Assembly: GCA_035084275.1 (NCBI GenBank)
Contig: CM068748.1
Span: 8,804,001 to 8,868,000, forward strand
Reading direction: 5' to 3'
DNA from: Hydrolagus colliei
Taxonomy: Eukaryota
Length of the DNA: 64,000 nt
Made by a program: the position numbers and the translations under genes. Of this stretch, positions 25,421-52,035 are shown one piece after another (the stretch's first letter is position 1; each line of letters begins with the position of its first letter). The notes under the pieces are model-generated. The model did no database searches. It was not told where the DNA came from and worked only from the letters and a program-made list of their open reading frames with translations.

Positions 25421-27039
25421 ACACACACACACACGTCATACTGAATCTGATATGCTTTAGATGGTAGTCCATCTGGTTCATGAGGTAGTGAGCAGTCTTG
25501 TCTGTTATCAGAAGGGAGTGAGTGAGTGAGTGAGTTCAAACTTCTATGTTTGACACTTGTGCTCATAAGAGTCCAGGCTGACAGACACTCCAGAGCAGGA
25601 GTGAGGGGATCACTGCATTTGGTGAAGGTCCCATTTGTAAGTATGAGAAGTCTTTTTTTTAAAAAAAATCAGATCGAACTACAGTATTCCAAATGAGAGA
25701 CTGCATTTCTCCTGGTGTCAGTAGGGCAAGTCCAAGGTATGCGTTCCTCTGATGCTAATTTTTCAGGTTCGATAAAATATGGTGAACTAGGTGTCATTTT
25801 CAAGCTAAAAAGTTGAATTTTTCAAACCTTTAAAAAAAAGAGAATGTTTTTCACCATGTGAAGAATTATATGCAAATATATTTGCGTGTTATGTAAATAT
25901 GGTAACGTACGGGACACTTCAAAAGTATGCAAATTAAGCATATATCTCATACTGTGTAAGAATATGAATCCATTTATGTGGTGACCTTAAGTTTATAGCA
26001 AGACTTAAATAATTTGGAAACCTGAAATTCAGAGGTCATTAAATATGCAAGTTAGATGCATTCCAAAACAAGGGTGTCCGGTAAGTTACTCTTTCAGACA
26101 CCTTTTTTTTTGGTCCATTTCAATACCCATAGAGATAAATTACTGAAACTTGGTAAAGTTCTGATTTCCTATGGGGCACATCTAACTACAAGCAAATCAA
26201 TTAGAGACTTATCTTATTTCTTTAATTAAGTAATTAAAATTCGTAACGTGTGGGACAAATGGTAGGTAGATCTGTACATTTCTTCAAGCAAAGAATGGTC
26301 TCTGGTTGGAGCTGAGAATGAAAGGGTGTGCTTCCTCTCACATCCAGCATGTACATTCAATGCTAACTAGAACATACAATGTACAGTAAGAAGTGGATTA
26401 GTCCATTATTTTGTGGGTGTAAACTATGTAGAAATAGAATTCCAATATGATGCATTAAAATTAACAATATTGTACACAATTTTTAACTTGATGTCTGTGT
26501 TATGTTGCTAAATTTATACTGACTTTCCATCACATAAGAGCAGTGTTTATGTTCAGATGTGTTATCTTACATGTACATCTGGCCTATGGAATTTTCCACA
26601 TTCCCATCTGATAAGTCATTGTGCACTTTGCATCATAAGCACTTGGTCACTCAAACATGTGGTCCTTGGTCACTCTCACATTGGAAGCTCTTGCTCTAGA
26701 GATTGGACAAGCAAACAAGTGGTAAATTCTGTCATTTATGTAACCTAGTACAGTACTTGCATGCAATTCCTTTCAATCCTGATTATTTTTGTTATTGCTA
26801 CAAATGAATGTTCTGAATTCCTTTTGGGGGATTTCTCTTTCAAATTTTGTAAAATGTGACCATCTTCTTGTATTTTTCCCTGTCTCTTGCCAGATGTTTT
26901 ATTTCATTTTTTTAAGTCACTCAAAAAATGAGGTACACGTACATAAGTGTGAATTTCAAGATACTTCTAGAAACATTTAGGCCTATGTGTTCTTGTGCAC
27001 TAAATCATTATATAACTTAATTATTTTAACAGATAAACC

Positions 27040-28570
27040 ATGCCCAAGACACCAGCTCAAAAACAAGCAGATTATAGAAGGAAGAGAAAGGAGAAGATGA
27101 CAGACCATGAATTGGAGAATGAGAAAAAGGCAGAAGCTGCTCCTGTAAAGAAACATAGAGAGACAACAAAGCAAAACATGTCCAAAGGGACAAGAAGCCA
27201 GGCTTCGAGAATATGAAAGAAACAGAAAAAGAGAGCAAAGAAAAAGGAAGCATCAAGAAAACATTTCTTTGTTCCTTGCTACAAGTATTTCAAGTCATGA
27301 TACCTTCAAAATGGTTCAAGTGAAGGCAAAGCTTTTCTAAAAGTGAAAAAAGTACTGCCTGCTGAACAAGAAAAGAGAAACCACGTGCCTGTATCACTTA
27401 TTGCAAGAACACTCTGACACTAACCCCAAGTAAGGAAAAGTTCCACAAGAACGTAATAGGGGTGACAGGTACTTCAAGGAAGAAATTAGTTTACCAAGAA
27501 AGAAAACAGGAATAACAGAATAATTGAGGAAGTGAAAGAGAACGTACAGAATTATTATGAAAGAGATGATGTTAGCCGCATGATGCCTGGAAAGAAAGAT
27601 GCTAAGTGAGTTGTAATAGGGCAGGAGAAGGTCAAAAAGCAAAAAAGGATCATGCTGATGACCACCAGGGAAGCATACTCTATGTACAAGAGGGAATTTC
27701 CTCAGCACTAAATTGGAAAACCAAAATTTCAGGAATTACGGCCAGCTTGGGTTCTCCCAACCTCCGGTAAAGATCATGATGTTTGCTTGTGCCGATATCA
27801 TGAAAATGCGGAACCGTAACAGAGAAAGTTGAGAGCTTTCATAGATGATTTTCTCCTAGGTGCTGATGAACTTGTGAAGTTGTCTGTTTGCTCAATGGAC
27901 AGAGAACTCTGTGTGGATAGGGCATGTGACGATTGTGGTATTGAAAAGCTTCAAGAACAGATTACCGGTAATCTTCAGCTAGAAGATAAAGACCTTGATT
28001 CACCAATTTCGTACTACCAATGGACCACCATTGAAGGAAAGGTTGTGAAGCAGCAAATAGAATCAGACCTTTCATCAGCCATTGACAAATTGATGGTGCA
28101 GCTCAGTCCATTGGGTCGTCATGTGTACAACATGTGGAGGCAACATGCCGAGATGAAAGCACTGAAAAATTCATTTCAACCAGGTGAAATCATCATCCAT
28201 GAGGACTTCTCAGAAAATTAGGCTGAAGCATCAAGGAGAAATACAGTCTGCCCACTGGTCAAACGATAGTTGTACCATTTTCACAGTTGTTGTGTACTAT
28301 TGTGAGAAAGAAGAACTGAAGCATCAAAGCTATGCACTGGTTTCAGACGAACTGAGCCACAAGAAGGAATCTGTTGTGGCATTCAACAAGATACTGATCA
28401 AAGATCTCAAGGAACGGCTTCCTTTTGAGATTACTCACATTCACTACTGGTCCGATGGGGCTGCCAGCCAGTTTAAGAACAAGTATTGTTTTGCCAATAT
28501 GCTATTCCACCGCAGCGACTTTAATTCTACCATAGACTGGTCGTTTTTTGAAACAGCAGATGGGAAAGTT
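27040..28570 (+). pseudogene. Sola2-like DDD transposase remnant with stops and frameshifts, C-terminus missing
   Basis: ORFs 27829-28221 and 28184-28648 are joined by a frameshift at DFSEN; upstream CLCRYHEN motif; basic N-terminus from the ATG at 27040. Confidence 0.75.
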
Positions 28571-28970
28571 TACAAACTTTTACAATGCATGCTTATATTT
28601 TTGTGTTTTGCCAAACAGCTCAACTTGTGCATACTTAGTACAAAGTGATTAATGTTTCACGGCTGTTCAACAAGCAAATTTTAATTTCTATTCTTTAAAA
28701 TACCAATATAAAACAGGAAAATGGTCATCATTTGTTTCCCTTGCTACATAGAATGTCAGTTCTGGGAAAAAGTATGAAGAATTTCACCTTATATTCAATT
28801 TATTTGCAACATTACACACAAAAGACATGGTGGAAAAAATGTCCCGTATGTTAACACACAAATATTTTTAATTTTCTTATTGTGAAGACATGTAATATTT
28901 TTTTTCTCCCAAATTCTGGGGTTAAGCTGTGAACTAGATGCAAAATACAATTTCATTAGTGATCATTTTC

Positions 28971-29312
28971 ATAATAATAATAATCCTTGCATTTGATATA
29001 GCGCTTTCCACATCTTATCAACGTCCCAAAGCGCTTCACAGAATATACTGTAAAGTGAATTGACTGTATATATTTGTGGGCGAATTGCGGCAGCCAATTG
29101 CACACAGCAGAGTCCCACACACAGTCGTGGATTGAAATGACCAATTTTATTATTGTGGTTTTTTTGGAGGGATTATTATTAGGCATGTGGAGTAAGGAAA
29201 CTTGCCCAAGGTTTCGCCCTGACCTGCCTGGATTCGAACACAGGTCTCCCCAGCTTGGTCTCCCCAGCTTGCAAGACAAGTGCTCTAACCACTGAGCCAC
29301 AGGAGCTCCACA
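28971..29312 (-). mobile_element. Young tRNA-derived SINE nested in the Sola element
   Basis: Near-identical reverse complement of 42627-42980. Confidence 0.92.
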
Positions 29313-31099
29313 TTCATGGAGTTCAATTTTCAGAAACTTTGCTAAACAAAGTCTAAGTTTAAAAAATTGCCTTTTTCTGGTCCTGTACATTACTGAGTAC
29401 ATTAATGAGCATAAATTCAAATCAAAGGTGTCATTTTACTTGTTATTTGTGTGAAGTTGAAAGATCCAATAAAGTGTTCCAAACATATGAAAAAAGTTGA
29501 CTTTTAGTGCATTTTGTTAGTCTGAGGAAGAATTAATGTTCTGATGTCCCGTGCGTTACCAGCGCAAAATAGCTTGGACTTGCCCAGTACAGATAAAGTT
29601 GATAACAATTACCTGGTATGTTTCACGTTTTGGGCTATATCTATATATATATATATACATACTGTATATATATATATATAATATGAAATCACCACCTATA
29701 AAAATCGTATTAAGCCATTTCAAATCCTTGGCTGTACTGAGTTCTATTAGGTGAGAACTCCTTCAGCTTATGGTGGTGCTGAAATTAGCGTCTGTGCCTC
29801 ATGTCAAGAAGGAAAAGTTAGCACAGGTTTCTGATTCTGATGAAGATAGAATTGGGCTGTGTTCAAAAAGCCCATGAATACACACCATCAGGATTCAGAT
29901 ATGACTACTTGAGTGAAGCACCAGAGGATGACTTTGGAATCACAAAAAAAATCACATAAAATCATAAGGAAAACAGAATAAAAAATTGCTTCAGAAATGA
30001 AGAAATAAGGAAGAGAAAATTGATGATGACAGATGAGTAGCTCAGGCAACTTTGATAATGACACATTTTCATCTACATTTTCATTTATCTACTTCATGTG
30101 AGTATTTCGGTTGCAAACCCTATAACAACTCATTTTCCCATCTGTAATTTTGAATCCTAGGGCATATGCAAGTTATTCTATTATTTAAAACTTGTGATAC
30201 AACAATCCCAAGCATATTGCATTAGATTATTTTGCAAAAGGAATGGTAAGTAGACACACCCACTTTTTGAATGAAAATTACATTATCATGCACTTTACTA
30301 CAGGGAACATTATACCCCGCACTTAGCATTCTTTATTTACATTGTTAAGAGTACTAACCTGAAGGGGGAGGTGGTTAAAGAGAAGTTTGCGAACAACAAG
30401 AACAAATGGACCAAATACAGAGAGATCTGAAAAGTTTAAGATATCCGGAATGACAAGTGTCAAATGTTATTTAATTGTACATCATTCTAATTTAGTAAGT
30501 TGTTGTAATGTGATCTGTTAGGATATCACTAACACGGTGAAGTTCCAATCTTACTGCAGAAGTTTAAAATGTTACTGAGAGGAACACTTTAAAGCAAATC
30601 TGAAAGGGCCTAAATAAAACACTAAGCTCGAAAGATTCAATGCTCATTGGGTTCATGCATGATACACACATGAACCCAATGAGCAATCTTGGAAGAGCAA
30701 TCATTGTAGACATTATCCATAACTCTGTGAAGGCAATTTTTCTTGTTTGTGATGACCGTCACCTTAAGTGAGGCTTTAGACTGGGAGTACCAACAGATCA
30801 GATGAAGAGCACATTTTGCTGTTGCTGATGGTAGATTTGTTTGGTAAGGTTTGTATGTATCATCTAGAGATTATACAGAACAGCTTGAGCTTTATGGCTC
30901 AGTAATGGAGCAATACAACTAGCTCCAAATTCAACCCCTGGCATTTCCATCCATTTTGCTAAATATATAAAAGCTTTACGAAATTAGATTTTTAAAACAT
31001 TTGGCTCAGTTACATTTTTCCCAGCTGTATCAGCATGCTAATAGTTACACAATGCAAAATGTTTAATCAGTTATTAATAAGTGTGACTGAGCAACTGGC

Positions 31100-31400
31100 C
31101 AAGTATGAGCTGGATGGATTTGTGAAGGGTAAGTCATCATATCTGATGAATATAATGGCATATTTTGAGGATATCACTAACATGGTGGATAAGAGAATGT
31201 ATATGGATGTTGTCTACATTTACTTCAGAAGGCCTTTGATTAGGTTCTCCACAAGAGGATATTCTAAAAAATAAAATCGGAATGAGGTCAGGGTATCAAG
31301 TGATACGAGGCAAGCACACGTAATTGGAGTTGAGTACAGATCCACCATGATCTTATAGAATGGCGAAATAGGCTCGAGGAGCTGAATTGCCTGTTGCTAT
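31100..31400 (+). mobile_element. CR1 LINE fragments (RT segment plus 3' tail)
   Basis: GFVKGKSSYLMNIMAYFEDITNMVDKRMYMDVVY (CR1 HGF..GKSCLTNL..DVVYLDF motif), followed by the CAGATC..CCATGATCTT..GAATGGCG..AGGCTCGAGG tail. Confidence 0.75.
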
Positions 31401-31949
31401 GGCGAAAAATGTAATTTTGTTGTTGCATGTTCATCTGAGGGGTGAACAATTATCCCAAACCCAATCTTTTGCATATTGGATTTTACATGGTCATATGCCA
31501 CTGCAACCAAGCTCTATTCAAACAGTGAATATAGTGCTAACAACACAATATAACACAATGCACCTATTTAAAACAGCTCTGTTTGGAACAACTAGAACAT
31601 ATTCTTCCTTCTCCACCCAAATTCTGCAGTATAGAACATAGAAAAGTAGAATATATGACGGAGACACCATTTCCCTGACAGTAAACAGCTTGTTTTCCTC
31701 AAGCTTCATTTTTTTTGTAAATAAAGGTGTGGCCTAACCATGAGCAGACCCAGTAGATAACATGTGAGATTAAAGCAAGCCCTATCTGTAACTGCAGCCA
31801 ATTCTCCAGGCCTGACGATCCTCGACCCAACACTTAACTAGACCAATGTTATCAATCTAGAATAAGAGTTTTTTTTTCTCTCTTTCTATAGATCAATAGT
31901 ATTTAACTTTAACAAAGGTGCAGCCCATAAGTGTCGTGAATTCCTTCTT

Positions 31950-32392
31950 AGGAACTGGAAATCCACGACTGTTTGTGGGACACTGCTGTGTGCAACTGGC
32001 TGCTGCGTTTCTCCCATAAATATACAGTCAATTCACTTTACAGTATGATGTGGAGTAGATTGTATCTGATTTATGGATTCCTGTAGCTCAGTGGTTAGAC
32101 CACTCACCTTACAAGTGTGAGACCTGTGTTCAAATCCAGGCAGGTCAGGGCGAAACCTTGGGCAAGTTTCCTTACTCCACATGCCTAATAATAATCCCTC
32201 CTAAAAAAACACAATAATAAAATTGGCATTTCAATCCACAACTGTTTGTGTGTCCACTGCTGCATGCAATTGGCTGCCGTGTTTCACCCACAAATATATA
32301 GTCAATTCACTTCACAGTATATTCTGTGAAGTGCTTTGAGACATCTAGAAGATATTAAAAGTACTATATCAAATGCAACGATTATTATTATT
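31950..32392 (+). mobile_element. Partial SINE followed by a full-length tRNA-derived SINE (32072-32392)
   Basis: GTAGCTCAGTGGTTAGA A box, GTTCAAATCC B box, shared core and (ATT)n tail. Confidence 0.85.
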
Positions 32393-32461
32393 ATATAGAA
32401 GGTATGGAACTCACTGGACCAAATGGCCTTTTCTTATTCAATCTTCTCTTTTAATGCAATA

Positions 32462-33978
32462 CTGGGACTACTCAATTAACGTCGGGGATGCGTTCTTAAA
32501 AAGTGCGACTTTGAGTGAAACGACGTATAGCAAAACCAAAATTACCATAGGCCTAATGGTATAAATAGGGGTTACATTTCTTCGGTACATTTCTGGTCTA
32601 AATTTTCTTACACTAATATTAAATAAAGAGCAAAAACAACACTACTACTATTGAGAATTGAAATAAATGTTTAATAAATACCAGTACCTGTATATCAATT
32701 ACACAATAAATGCAATTAAGAGAACACTTGCTGGAGATGGTTGATGTGGCAGTGGGTGACAGTGGAGTGGTGGGGGCGGAGTCATTCAGATGAAGGGGCC
32801 TGCCTCTTGTACAGATGGGCGTCTAAAAAACCTGTTGGCTGTTGAGCTGCGTTCTCTGTTTGGGTCATTTTCACTACAGGTGGCCATTGCTGCTTCCAGG
32901 TGGTCAAAGGCCTCAGACAACTGTTTTGTTGTTAATATTTGAGGGCGGTGACGTTTCAACATTTGCGTATTCTTCCTCAGCTCGTTGATGTTCCAACTGC
33001 ATCAGATCTTCATTGTATAATTCTTCTGCATGGGGTTCGAGCAACCCCACCACATCATCCATCTCTACCTCATCAAACCCAGCTGTGTGCGAAAAACCCA
33101 GTCTCTCGTTGAATTTCTGGCATTGTCTGCCCAAATTCAGGAAAATCGTTGAGGCCAGACACATTCGGGCCAGATTTTTCGCCACACACCATTCATAAAC
33201 ACCTGCTGAGGTGCGCAGCCACCATCTTCTGTTATTCCTTTCAGTATGGCTGGGTACGCACTAGCAGCTTCTTTGTCTGCACTAGCAGATTCACAACTCA
33301 CTTTAACAGTATGCCAGTTATTATGCTTCAAACCAACCACGACTTGCCACTAAAGTTTCACTTTCTGAACTCTCACACTTGTTCCTTTTTTAAGTCTTCA
33401 TATAAACTTAGAGCTTTTTGCCCGAATAACCAACAACAAACACGACAAGTTACGTTGATATTGATCCTCCACCCAGATGCTGAGCGGACTCTCCATAATT
33501 CTCCATAATGCTGCTTCTGTTACGAGTTAATTTGGAAGCAGCTGAAGGTGTTACACTTTTGAGCGCGTGCTTTCAGTTTCTCTGCATTCCCACAAATGGT
33601 TTCTCGCCGTTGTTGGGGGCCAAGCCAAGCGCTTTTCCAATGTCGACAGCACGCTCTCCAGCTTCAAGCTGCTTTAGCGCATCTAATTTTACTTCCAGTT
33701 AAACACTTTTTCTCTGTCTCTTTGCGAAGAATGGTACATGCAGGGCGTTTTCCACTCATTGTTATAGGGGTTCAGCTAGATTTATATCAGAACAAACAAC
33801 AATGGCGTGGAGGCAGGCCTCCAGTGACGTCGCGTCCCCACACAGCTGATCGCTCATAAGTGTTTACGCCTTCGTACATTTTTTCGAAACTTTACGACAG
33901 TCGTCGTAAAATTACCGCGTTTAATAATTATTTCAGCAACGACGTATCAGTGAAACGACGTACATCGAGGAGTTCCGG
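32462..33978 (-). mobile_element. Tigger/pogo (TcMar) element with internally deleted, decayed transposase
   Basis: TA dinucleotide at both flanks; imperfect TIRs CTGGGACTACTCAATTAACGTCG / CCGGAACTCCTCGATGTACGTCG; fragments MSGKRP..EVKLDALKQLEAGERAVDIGKALGLAP (CENP-B/psq HTH), ESASADKEAA..PQQVF and GFDEVEMDDVVGLLEPHAEELYNEDL. Confidence 0.85.
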
Positions 33979-33989
33979 TAGCTACCAGA

Positions 33990-34309
33990 AGTTCCCTGTC
34001 GCACCGACAGCCATGTGACAAAGACTGCCCGTGATGCTTTGCGAAACCCCGACAGCTCAATGACGTTAACGCACGTTCGGGGGAGCAAGACGGGAAGTGT
34101 AGTCCCGACAAACCGCTACTCCACGCGACAGGCGGGAAAGGAGGACTACATGTCCCAGCAGGTATCGGGGCTACGCATGCGCATTGTCCCGAGTTTCTTG
34201 TCAACTGTGAAGAGAAAAATCCCGTTCGGGTGCTGCTTGGGGAGAGTCAGTGCAGCCGGGCCGTCCTCCCGAGAGAGAGAGAGAGAGAGAGAGATATCAA
34301 CACTTCACA

Positions 34310-34310
<1 letters not shown>
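33990..34310 (+). promoter_or_regulatory. UBE2D1 CpG-island promoter
   Basis: Two ACTACAnnTCCC (ZNF143/THAP11-type) motifs at 34092-34103 (-) and 34145-34160 (+); E2F-like GGCGGGAAA at 34131-34139; NRF1 CGCATGCGCA at 34174-34183; (GA)n in the 5'UTR at 34271-34294. Confidence 0.8.
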
Positions 34311-48068
<13,758 letters not shown>

Positions 48069-49850
48069 AACTGATGTCAGTTGTACAAACAACCATCAAA
48101 GCAGAAGGAAAAATGGCAACAATTTTTTTTCTATTTGGAACCCATGCAATTAACAATAAATATTCATTGTGGGTGATATGAATATTGTAAGTTTTCTTTA
48201 ATTGAAACAGTGCAACTGGAAAACATGTTCACTAAACTGTTTAATCTTAAACTACAAACTGATTGATTTGTAGTAATTATGTCAAATGAGCAAATATGGC
48301 AAGTAGGTAGCTAATAAAATGTTACTCACTGTTTCTGCTCAGTTTGGTAAGCACTCCCATTATTATTCTTCACTTTATTACCCTGATATACTACTTTGCA
48401 GTTTGATACAGCAGATGTTATCTGATGGTCTTGTCAAATGCCACGTTTTGTGAACAAGACCCATTTCACTTTACTGTATTTTAATTAAAACTTGGAAATA
48501 ATTTGGTTACCACAGGAAAATTATTACTACGAGGGGTAAATAAATGATCACCCTCATACAATCGTTGCATTCTTTTAATTTACTGAAAGTGAAGAATGCA
48601 TTATCTATTAATAGCATGTAAACGGGTTTGTTTTTAACTCGTGTAATCGTGCAATCTATTGGATTATTCTGCAAATCTTGTACTCCCAATGCATCACATG
48701 TTTTTATCATACAAATTAAATTAACCTTGTTCCATGCTAGTTATATAAATGTTTTAATCTGCTAGTTTCAATTTTTTATTAGGGGAAAATTTTAAGTGTA
48801 TGTGGTGATAATGCTGGCTGTTTATATTTTGGACATGTATACAATATTGCCTACCTCTGGTAAAGAGTGCTCTTGCTAATATTATTGCATTACATTCACC
48901 ACTAAAGATCGATTTAACTCCCCAATATTTTGCATTTGCCATGCTTGCCTAAGTTTATCTAATTAAACCTACATTTCCCATTCAACACTTTTTTACATTA
49001 AGAGGGGGGAAAATTGCAGACGGTATTCATTCAATTTAACCACTTGTTGCATAGACAATTTTTGACTTATTTTGTCTTTTAAAATTCTTGTGGATTATTT
49101 GAAATGCAGATGAAATCATGGCAAACTTTCATTTTTACATCAGGAATTGTATGATGCTGACTATAAAAAGTATAAGCCCACGGTTGAAATGCTAGTTGAA
49201 CATTATGTATCAAATACTTGTTACTGTAAATTGCACCTTTTATCTAATACAGCAGGGACTGAACTGTTGCACTTGTAATTAAAAAGACCAGAATGTGTTA
49301 CCAGTGCTTTGTTTTTTTTAAGAAAATGTTTATTGCCTCACATAAATTTTTTGCAATGACTGTCTTAAAATATATTTATCCTTTTTGAAATTTACTAAAT
49401 TACTAGAAGCCAGCATTTGTCATTTCCCTTAATGAAATGTGAATGGGTACTTGTATTTTCCCTGTACCTCTTCTCTCCACTGCACCCCCAAACAAAAATA
49501 TTTCCCTATGCTAAAGTCAAACTTATCTAGGATGGTTGGTCCATAGCATACTGAAGGTGCATTAGGTTATATCAGCTGGTCACATTAAAATTGTATTTTT
49601 ATGGCACAGTGTTGCTGCCTCTTTAGTTCTGATTTTCTTAATGATATTAGTGTTTGCCTTAAGAATGAAAATAAAGTTTCTTGCAAAATAGCAAATGAAA
49701 GATGTTTCACTCCACTTCTGAAAACTAGTGATGGCAAATGTTAACCTAGATCTTTGGGTGTTGATTTCTTGAATACTTCTCCAGTACCTAAACCTTACAA
49801 ATTACAACAAGGCTCATCAAATTTAATTGTTTCGTTGACCAAATAAAGGT
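48069..49850 (+). other. Probable long AU-rich UBE2D1 3'UTR with tandem polyadenylation signals
   Basis: AT-rich stretch with no recognisable repeats; AATAAA at 48155, 48313, 49670 and 49842. Confidence 0.55.
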
Positions 49851-51634
49851 GTTCACAAAAAAAGTTGATTTAAGTTCTTTATATTAGGAACACTTGTTAA
49901 ATTTGTGAACTGTGTATTTCATTCTTCGCACACTACTGTTTTTTATACTAGTATATACAAGTTAGGAAATTCTTTAAGGCATCATTATAATAATGTTGCA
50001 TTTGTAGTGCTTCATGTCTTCAAGAGGTCTCAAAATGCTCCACATAATATAAATATGAATCGACTATATTTTGTGGATGAAATACAAAGTTCATGTCAAC
50101 ACAATACCACCAGAGTCAGATATAATTACTCCCTCCCATGAAGTGGAGTGTGTTCTTGTTATGTATATATATATATATATATATATATAGACAACCCAGA
50201 CACATATTAGTAAATGTTCAGCTGCACTACTGTGCTGAGTCATCTCAGTTCTGTATTTTACCTTTCCAGGTGTCATTGTTTTTCAATTGCATGTGTACTC
50301 ACTTTACATTTAACTGGACAAGTAGTAGCTATTGTAGTACAGTATTGTAATGTGTGGGTTCTGGAATGTCCAATGGCTGTTTGGATGTTTTAACCTGTCA
50401 TATAAAATGTTACAGTTTTGATGCCCTGGAAAATGTTTAAAATGCCTTTTTATCAAATATTACCTGCCATTCTGTGATGTATGCTTGGCTTTCGTAAGTT
50501 GCACAAGAGTCTGAAGTTTGTTGAAATCATCGGAGATATTCAGCAACAGTCAATAAGTTTATTTTGATGGCTTTTGTGCGAAAGAACAATGTGTTTACCT
50601 CTGCTAGACAATTCTCTAACCTCCCATTCATAGGTTTGAGATATGTGTATTAAATACTGACCCCACCCACCCTCCTCACCCCACTGTGTATATTCACAGA
50701 ATTAATATATTTTAAAGACTACAATGCTTGCTGATTAATCCATCTTGCACTCCATGTACTCCAACCTTTGGATGCAATGTTCTCAGAGGTTGTGTTAGTA
50801 CCAGATAAAACAAGGATTTTCTTGGCCCATCACACATTTTGTTCTCCCTTTCCTGGTGTTTTCTTTCCACCCCCTCCCCAATCCATACACACGCACTGTG
50901 AGGTACAATGATTATTTTTAATATACTCAAGGCCGTACGCAGGGGGGGTGCGACGGGTGCGTACGCACCCCCGCAAATTATAAAAGGTCCACATTTTCCG
51001 GGGTAGAGAATTGCATTTTTTTATCAAATTTAAATACCAAGTAAATTTATTGAACATTTGAGTAACAATCAGTTCTTCAAAACTATATATAAATTATAAA
51101 CTCACATCTTTGAATGATTTAGTATTAATATAAAATTATCGAGTCGCACACCAGAATCGGCGTCTACCCCAAAACATACCGCGTCGATAGACCAGTCCAT
51201 GACGCGGCGAGTCTGTGACTCGTGATTGGATAAACATAGGCGCCAAGACTCAAATCCTCGTTTGGAAATCATCCCGTAAACAGCCACAAGGGGCAGCACC
51301 AATTCTGGAGTTAAAATCATCTTTTCATCTGATCACCGTAAGTAAAAATGACTCAAGTTTTGAGAGGTGTGACTGTAATGCTAGCAAACAATGACAACAT
51401 ATTTACAAGATTCTGAGAAATTAAAGCTTTTGAGAACCCAACAAAAAAGTTATATGGTGGACGGGAATGCCTATCTTTAAAAAAAATACGCATGGACATA
51501 GACCTAGGCTTTAGCGCCTATTCTACGTGGTGTGTCAATCGGAAATCATCCCGTATACAGTCACTACATAAAAAGGTAGCACCACTTTGTGGAAGCTGAA
51601 ATCGTATTTTAATCTGATAATGTTAGCAATTGAT

Positions 51635-52035
51635 AATAGTGCCTTAGTACACTGTCGAGACAGCTCAGAGCGCTTCACAGAACGTACTGTAAGGTAGCCA
51701 GTTTTTGCCCAGGATTGTCCCACAAACACCGATGGAGTGAGTCACCGATTTTATTTGGGGGCGTTTGTTGGCCAGGACAACAGGAGAGAGACTTCCCTCC
51801 GCTTTTCGAGTAGTGTCAGAGGATCTTTTCACATCCATCTAAACAGACGGATCAGACCTCGGTTCAGCATCTCAACCAAAAGAACAGAGCCTCTAACAAT
51901 GGGACCCCCCCCCACCCCACCCACAGCACCACATTGAAGTGTCAGCTTCCTCTGTGTGATACCGAGTGCCGACGTGGGGTTTGAACCCACAACTTTCTGA
52001 CTCAGAGGCCAGAGTGCTATTCACTGTGCCAGGCG
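51635..52035 (-). mobile_element. Deu-domain SINE (SacSINE1/AmnSINE1-like)
   Basis: Head TGGCACAGTGAATAGCACTCTGGCCTCTGAGTCAGAAAGTTGTGGGTTCAAACCC; Deu-like GATGTGAAAAGATCCTCTGACACTACTCGAA..TGTCCTGGCCAAC. Older copies near 6120-6340, 11030-11370, 21210-21540, 25480-25720 and 39855-40140. Confidence 0.65.

Larger units (their letters stand above)
25724..29585 (+). mobile_element. Sola2-type DNA transposon with decayed transposase
   Basis: 13-bp perfect TIR GGGCAAGTCCAAG (25724-25736 / 29573-29585); 4-bp TSD AGTA; subterminal GGTAACGYACGGGACA motifs; transposase motifs DFSEN, EIQSAHW, SDELSH, YWSDGAASQFKNK, WSFFETA(H>D)GK. Confidence 0.8.
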
